Assembly (NCBI GenBank): GCA_964357615.1
Contig: CAYHMC010000002.1
Coordinates: forward strand, 71,481 to 135,480
Reading direction: 5' to 3'
DNA from: an uncultured Candidatus Saccharibacteria bacterium
GTDB lineage: Bacteria; Patescibacteriota; Minisyncoccia; UBA6257; JACOXY01
Length of the DNA: 64,000 bases
A program made the translations under genes and the position numbers. This document shows, piece after piece, positions 60,025-64,000 of this stretch (position 1 is its first letter; the number at the start of each line of letters is the position of its first letter). Under the pieces are notes generated by a model. It saw only the letters and a list, made by a program, of their open reading frames with translations, was not told the origin of the DNA and ran no database searches.

Positions 60025-60237
60025 ATGCTAGATTCGCCACACGGTAGCCAAAATTTCTACAAAAAACGTGGTAAAGTAATAAGAGAAAGTCCCTGTGGAT
60101 GTTTTACTATTCTACGACGCATGCTAAGTCACACATTTCTATCTCCAGTAGAAGAAACATTTCACTGCCATGAACACTGCGACTGCAAGCATCCTCTCGC
60201 AGACCCTACTTACAACGGTTGGGGTGAGCTAAAGTGA
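60025..60237 (+). CDS. Small Cys/His-rich hypothetical protein (70 aa)
   Basis: CGC...HCHEHCDCKH cluster. GTGA overlap with next ORF. Confidence 0.35.
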   Translation: MLDSPHGSQNFYKKRGKVIRESPCGCFTILRRMLSHTFLSPVEETFHCHEHCDCKHPLADPTYNGWGELK

Positions 60238-60425
60238 GCACCTCAGAAGAAAAAACCATTACGCTACCGCGCAATCAAGTCATTGACATTGTAGATGGAA
60301 TTGACTTTATGGTTGAAAAACTAGCGAAAGAATTACCATTCAATAATTCTTCGGTACACACAAGACTAATACTTAGGCCATTTTCAAGAAATTTAAAAAG
60401 TGTGCTCGCGAGACAAAAAAACTAA
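60234..60425 (+). CDS. Small hypothetical protein (63 aa, GTG start)
   Basis: Translationally coupled to 60025 ORF. Followed by terminator. Confidence 0.35.
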   Translation: MSTSEEKTITLPRNQVIDIVDGIDFMVEKLAKELPFNNSSVHTRLILRPFSRNLKSVLARQKN

Positions 60426-60449
60426 TATAAAAATGCGAGGATTAACTCT

Positions 60450-60478
60450 ATACCAATCTTTTAAGATTGGTATTTTTA
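60450..60478 (+). terminator. Rho-independent terminator
   Basis: TACCAATCTT-TTA-AGATTGGTA then TTTTTA. Confidence 0.5.
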
Positions 60479-60542
60479 TAAACTTTTTCCCAATAAAACA
60501 ATTAAAAAAGGAATAGCGTCATAGCTAATCCTTGCAGAGTAA

Positions 60543-60830
60543 TTATTTCCTTAAACTAAAAAGTGAATCTAACTCTCTTAAAATATAATCTCGCTCAATT
60601 TGATGGAGAATAACTGGTCTTTTTAAACTATGGATTACAGCGAAAACGTCGTGCATCATAACTTCTTCAATGATATATAGGCCAGTTTCACCGCCCTCAG
60701 ATAAAGCTCGCCACATCCTCGCCCAAGACTGAAGAAAGCTAATGTCTTCAGCTTCCTTGGCGTATTCAACCCAAACATGCTTTGTATCAGAGGTAATTCT
60801 TAAGATAATAAGAATTGCAGATGACTGCAT
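60543..60830 (-). CDS. Hypothetical protein
   Basis: 95 aa. Confidence 0.35.
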   Translation of the reverse strand: MQSSAILIILRITSDTKHVWVEYAKEAEDISFLQSWARMWRALSEGGETGLYIIEEVMMHDVFAVIHSLKRPVILHQIERDYILRELDSLFSLRK

Positions 60831-60928
60831 ACATTTTCCTATCCTTTTAGATATTAAACTTTAGAAAGATTATCATCTTTCTTTAAAAAATAAAATAGGT
60901 TCAAGATTGTGAGAATATTTTATAAACG

Positions 60929-61384
60929 CTAATCAAGATTAAGCGGTCTTACTCTAGACATAACTAATTCTGGGTTATTCTTCCAATCATCTGAAATATC
61001 TGCATATAATTCAAGCTCATTCCCATCTGGATCCAGAATATAAATGCTATGCGTTACTACATGGTCGCTTGTTCCAATAATTGTAACTCCTTTTTCTTTT
61101 AATTCACTAAATACTTCTTTTAATTCATCGCTTGAGTCAGCAACTTTAAATCCAATGTGATATAGCCCAGGCCTCGGAACATAATCATGTTTTGATACTC
61201 CTCCAATTTCAATAAGCAATAATTCATGATGTGTTCTACCAGATGAAAATGCAACAGCTCCATTTTTCAAGCCCACCTCCATATTTCCCACCTCCATAAA
61301 CCCTAGGATGTTCCTATAAAATCCCGCCATTTTTTCAATGTCAGTAACATATAAAACAACATGACCCAATTCTTTAATTTTCAT
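60929..61384 (-). CDS. VOC/glyoxalase-bleomycin resistance family protein
   Basis: HVVLYVTDIEKMAGFYRNILGF ... HELLLIE vicinal oxygen chelate pattern. Confidence 0.75.
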   Translation of the reverse strand: MKIKELGHVVLYVTDIEKMAGFYRNILGFMEVGNMEVGLKNGAVAFSSGRTHHELLLIEIGGVSKHDYVPRPGLYHIGFKVADSSDELKEVFSELKEKGVTIIGTSDHVVTHSIYILDPDGNELELYADISDDWKNNPELVMSRVRPLNLD

Positions 61385-61455
61385 ATTAAAATTTTAGCAC
61401 AAAATCCATAAACGCATTGCAACAAATAAAATAGCCCCTTCGGGGGGCAGTGTAT

Positions 61456-61845
61456 TTATCTAATTATGGTAGGTGCCTTATCTTGAAGATCTTCTGCTGT
61501 AAGACCAACTTCCTCGGCAAGCTTAATAACATTTACAAACATTTTTACTACATCTATTCGAAGGCTTGCTTCGTCGTCTTCAAGCATAACACCACTATGA
61601 TCGAAGCTTTCACATACCGTAGCAATCTTACCACTAGTTTTGCTAATATGGAGCAATGAATGCTTAATAAGGAAATTTTTCCTTTGATCAGAAGACATCC
61701 CTTGCAATGCGGGATATCGCTCTTCATCACAAATCCAAACAGATGCGATATGATTCATTAGCTCACGCAAGTCTTTCATAAATACCACCGATTCTCTAAG
61801 AATATGTTCTTTAGAAATATTACTATTCAATAAATAGAAAAACAA
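61456..61845 (-). CDS. Hypothetical protein, possibly MazG-like NTP pyrophosphohydrolase
   Basis: 129 aa helical, weak resemblance (acidic pairs, VVKMFVNVIKLAEEVGL). Confidence 0.4.
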   Translation of the reverse strand: MFFYLLNSNISKEHILRESVVFMKDLRELMNHIASVWICDEERYPALQGMSSDQRKNFLIKHSLLHISKTSGKIATVCESFDHSGVMLEDDEASLRIDVVKMFVNVIKLAEEVGLTAEDLQDKAPTIIR

Positions 61846-61916
61846 CCGAAGATTTATGATTCCAATGCGAGCTAAGCATTAAACAAAACTAAAACAATTT
61901 TAGATAAAATAGTCAT

Positions 61917-61945
61917 TTGCCAATTTTAAGAATAATTGATAATAT
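61917..61945 (+). promoter_or_regulatory. Sigma70-type promoter TTGCCA-17-TAATAT driving candidate sRNA
   Basis: TTGCCA 61917-61922, 17-nt spacer, TAATAT 61940-61945. Confidence 0.5.
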
Positions 61946-61951
61946 CTCCTC

Positions 61952-62101
61952 CAGGCAGTGGGTGATTGTCGTGAAATCCAGAGCACAAAGGTGCGAACGT
62001 CCGAGGCCATTATGGGACGGGAATTAAGCTAAAAAGCCGGATCGACAATCACCTGCTGCCCCAACACCACCTTGGGATTTTCTCGAGGTGCTATTTTTTT
62101 A
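61952..62101 (+). ncRNA. Candidate ~150-nt structured sRNA (rod-like, 6S-like architecture) with intrinsic terminator
   Basis: 18-bp closing helix GGCAGTGGGTGATTGTCG / CGACAATCACCTGCTGCC. Terminator hairpin CACCTTGGG/TCTCGAGGTG whose G-U pairs exist only on plus strand. T7 tract at 62094-62100. Confidence 0.5.
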
Positions 62102-62229
62102 TACAAATTTAGACTCCTTATATACCAGCAAACAATAAAGCCCAGCGATTAGCTGGGCTTTATTGTTTTTGGGGTACCCAACGGATAATCTCAAATCGAG
62201 ATTAGTTTTTCTGAGACAAATTCAACCCA

Positions 62230-62463
62230 CTAGTAAGTTGAGTCTGGATTAGAATTCCCAGCAGGAGGCGCATTTTCCTTGGTGGGCAATTTGATGTTTA
62301 CATCTATACTATCCTTATTATCAGTTGTGTTTTCCTGTATTGACGGGAGAAAATAGATGAAAAACAGGACGACGAGAATAAGCGCCACAAAAACTCCAAT
62401 CACTATAGCAACTCCGGAATCTGAATCTTTTCCATGTGGAGGAGTATTAATAATAGTTGTCAT
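62230..62463 (-). CDS. Small single-TM membrane protein
   Basis: 77 aa, one hydrophobic helix. Confidence 0.35.
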   Translation of the reverse strand: MTTIINTPPHGKDSDSGVAIVIGVFVALILVVLFFIYFLPSIQENTTDNKDSIDVNIKLPTKENAPPAGNSNPDSTY

Positions 62464-62541
62464 ATTTTTTAATATAATTAATTCTACTTCGACCTAATAA
62501 AGCCGCTTAAAAGCAAAAATTATTACATTCTAAATAAATAA

Positions 62542-62562
62542 AAAAGCACAACACGTGCTTTT
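62542..62562 (-). terminator. Terminator hairpin 3' of tRNA-His
   Basis: AAAAGCAC-AACAC-GTGCTTTT. Confidence 0.45.
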
Positions 62563-62568
62563 AATTAT

Positions 62569-62644
62569 TGGGGTGCCTAACGGGAATTGAACCCGTATCA
62601 GGAGTTCCACAAACTCCGGTGTTAACCATTACACCATAGGCACC
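62569..62644 (-). tRNA. tRNA-His(GTG) with encoded G-1 and encoded CCA
   Basis: Hand fold: G-1:C73, acceptor GTGCCTA/TAGGCAC, D-stem GTGT/ACAC, anticodon stem GGAGT/ACTCC with loop TTGTGGA, T-arm ACGGG-TTCAATT-CCCGT, then CCA. Confidence 0.85.
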
Positions 62645-62731
62645 ATATAAAATATTGATAACTAATTATTCTAATACCAATATTCATTGAGTATATGCAT
62701 ATTTAATAGAAAAATAAACCCCCCACGCTAT

Positions 62732-63241
62732 CTATGTGGGGGTTATGGATTCACCTTTTTTCTTTTTTTTATAAGTTCGCTTCAATGAAGCCACGGGACG
62801 ATTCATTCCAATATATTGAATCTCCTTACTTAAGTCTTCTATTCTTGCTCTCGAGAGCCCTGCCATTTTAGCTATTTTTTCTCTCAAATTTTTTTCATTA
62901 ATATCTAAAACATCGCAAATATTTCTATATGAAGTAATCCAGTTACGACTATCACTATAAAACCATCTTAGGCATTCATTAATAATTTTTCTTGATCTCC
63001 ATGCTTCCATGGGCATGCTATTAGAATCTCTTATAACTCCCAAATACCTAACTAGAGTTTCTAGGGCATCTAGAATTACTGCATAAAGTAGCTTCGCTTC
63101 TGGAACATCTAAAATTGATGTTTGGGTTTCTTTGAAAAAATCTTCTGGAAAAACTAAATCAGGTTCAATTAGTGAGTTATTACCCCAATCACCCTTATTA
63201 ACATCAGACGAATTAGGCAATCCATTCATAAATAACCTCAT
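62732..63241 (-). CDS. Hypothetical protein
   Basis: 169 aa, basic C-terminus. Confidence 0.4.
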   Translation of the reverse strand: MRLFMNGLPNSSDVNKGDWGNNSLIEPDLVFPEDFFKETQTSILDVPEAKLLYAVILDALETLVRYLGVIRDSNSMPMEAWRSRKIINECLRWFYSDSRNWITSYRNICDVLDINEKNLREKIAKMAGLSRARIEDLSKEIQYIGMNRPVASLKRTYKKKKKGESITPT

Positions 63242-63319
63242 TTTGGATTAATCCTTTCCTTCTTATAGCTAATCACTTTATACAACATTTCAAACAATAA
63301 TCAATGCCTTGCTCTGAAA

Positions 63320-63658
63320 TTAAACTCCAAATGATTCACCACAACCACAAGTGCGCTTCGCTTTTGAATTTACAAACTTAAAACTATTTGCCCTTAAGCT
63401 CATAATATAATCAAGTGTTGTTTCGTTAAGAAAAGCGGAGCTTTTTCTATCAATAACAATTGCAACTTTATCTTCTGGTGTTTCTCCAAAATTAAAAACT
63501 TCATCTACCTTACTATCAATTTCATTCGCAAATTCAATTTCATAATGAAAACCAGAACAACCACCAACAGTAACTTTAATTCGCAAACAATCCTTATCGT
63601 TTTTAATTAGCATCTCTTTAACTCTTTTTCTTGCAATATCAGTTACTTCAAACGACAT
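63320..63658 (-). CDS. iscA: Iron-sulfur cluster insertion protein (HesB/IscA/ErpA family)
   Basis: C-terminal CGCGESFGV and internal CSGF motif. Start set at ATG 63658 with AAAGAGGTG RBS. Confidence 0.8.
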   Translation of the reverse strand: MSFEVTDIARKRVKEMLIKNDKDCLRIKVTVGGCSGFHYEIEFANEIDSKVDEVFNFGETPEDKVAIVIDRKSSAFLNETTLDYIMSLRANSFKFVNSKAKRTCGCGESFGV

Positions 63659-64000
63659 TTGACACCTCTTTGGTTTGCTTCTTTTTCCAATCAGAAATTG
63701 CCGCCTTAATAGCATCTTCGGCCAAAACCGAACAATGAATCTTAACTGGTGGCAGAGAAAGTTCTTCTACTATATCTGTATTTTTAATTGCCTCTGCAAA
63801 ATCTACGCTCTTACCTTTTATAATTTCAGTTAAATAAGATGACGAGGCTATTGCTGAGCCACAACCAAAAGTCTTGAACTTGGCGTCAACAATAATATCC
63901 TCTATGCTGATATTTACATTATTGCAGGCAGGACAACTTGATTCCTGTAAATTTGCTTCCCAAATATTATGGCAAGATTTACATTCGTGGCGTTGTATAA
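63648..64000 (-). CDS. iscU: Fe-S cluster scaffold NifU/IscU-like, C-terminal part (5' end beyond window)
   Basis: Minus-strand frame gives ...FKTFGCGSAIASSSYLTE...PPVKIHCSVLAEDAIKAAI. Stop TGA overlaps iscA start. Confidence 0.7.
   Translation of the reverse strand, partial: IQRHECKSCHNIWEANLQESSCPACNNVNISIEDIIVDAKFKTFGCGSAIASSSYLTEIIKGKSVDFAEAIKNTDIVEELSLPPVKIHCSVLAEDAIKAAISDWKKKQTKEVSNVV

Noticed and set aside
62569-62644. Apparent lack of encoded G-1 in tRNA-His
   Set aside because: Initial register was off by one. Refolding gives G-1:C73, a perfect D-stem, U8 and encoded CCA, so it is a normal bacterial-type tRNA-His.
1-64000. CRISPR arrays, IS elements, integrase or transposase genes
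   Set aside because: No short direct-repeat/spacer periodicity and no DDE/tyrosine-recombinase-like ORF found on either strand
1-64000. Alternative genetic code (UGA recoding as in Gracilibacteria/Absconditabacteria)
   Set aside because: Long conserved genes (clpB, ftsK, recA, glyA) are uninterrupted under the standard code

Overview
Low-GC (~30%) bacterial window with Patescibacteria/CPR-like features: small genes, weak ribosome-binding sites, many glycan genes, salvage-type nucleotide enzymes, and standard stop codons (long ORFs such as ClpB and FtsK are intact, so no UGA recoding). The first ~28 kb is a large, mostly minus-strand glycan locus. It encodes a complete GDP-D-glycero-alpha-D-manno-heptose pathway (gmhA, hddA, gmhB, hddC) plus many tailoring enzymes: SDR epimerase/dehydratases, an RmlC-like epimerase, C-, FkbM- and CmcI-type methyltransferases, a split TPP-dependent transketolase/E1-like pair, cupins, an AsnB amidotransferase, GT2 enzymes, GtrA, and polytopic GT-C/Wzy_C-like membrane proteins. 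Immediately next to it is a 1141-aa secreted Ser/Thr/Val-rich surface protein with a peptidoglycan-binding domain. This protein is a likely target of the glycosylation machinery. The rest of the window holds housekeeping genes (clpB, ftsK, recA, folD, glyA, leuA-like, pilB-like, yvcK, dcd, iscA/iscU, HAD nucleotidases) and four tRNAs. Leu-Arg-Met form a cluster and His stands alone. Accessory-looking features are two sharply GC-rich foreign islands, one of which (40.2-40.6 kb) abuts the tRNA cluster, an att-like duplication of a tRNA 3' end lying 3' of that cluster, and a well-supported sRNA unit with promoter, closing helix and terminator. There are also several unexplained structured GC-rich intergenic elements and a recurring upstream motif. 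No CRISPR array or recognisable transposase/integrase was seen.
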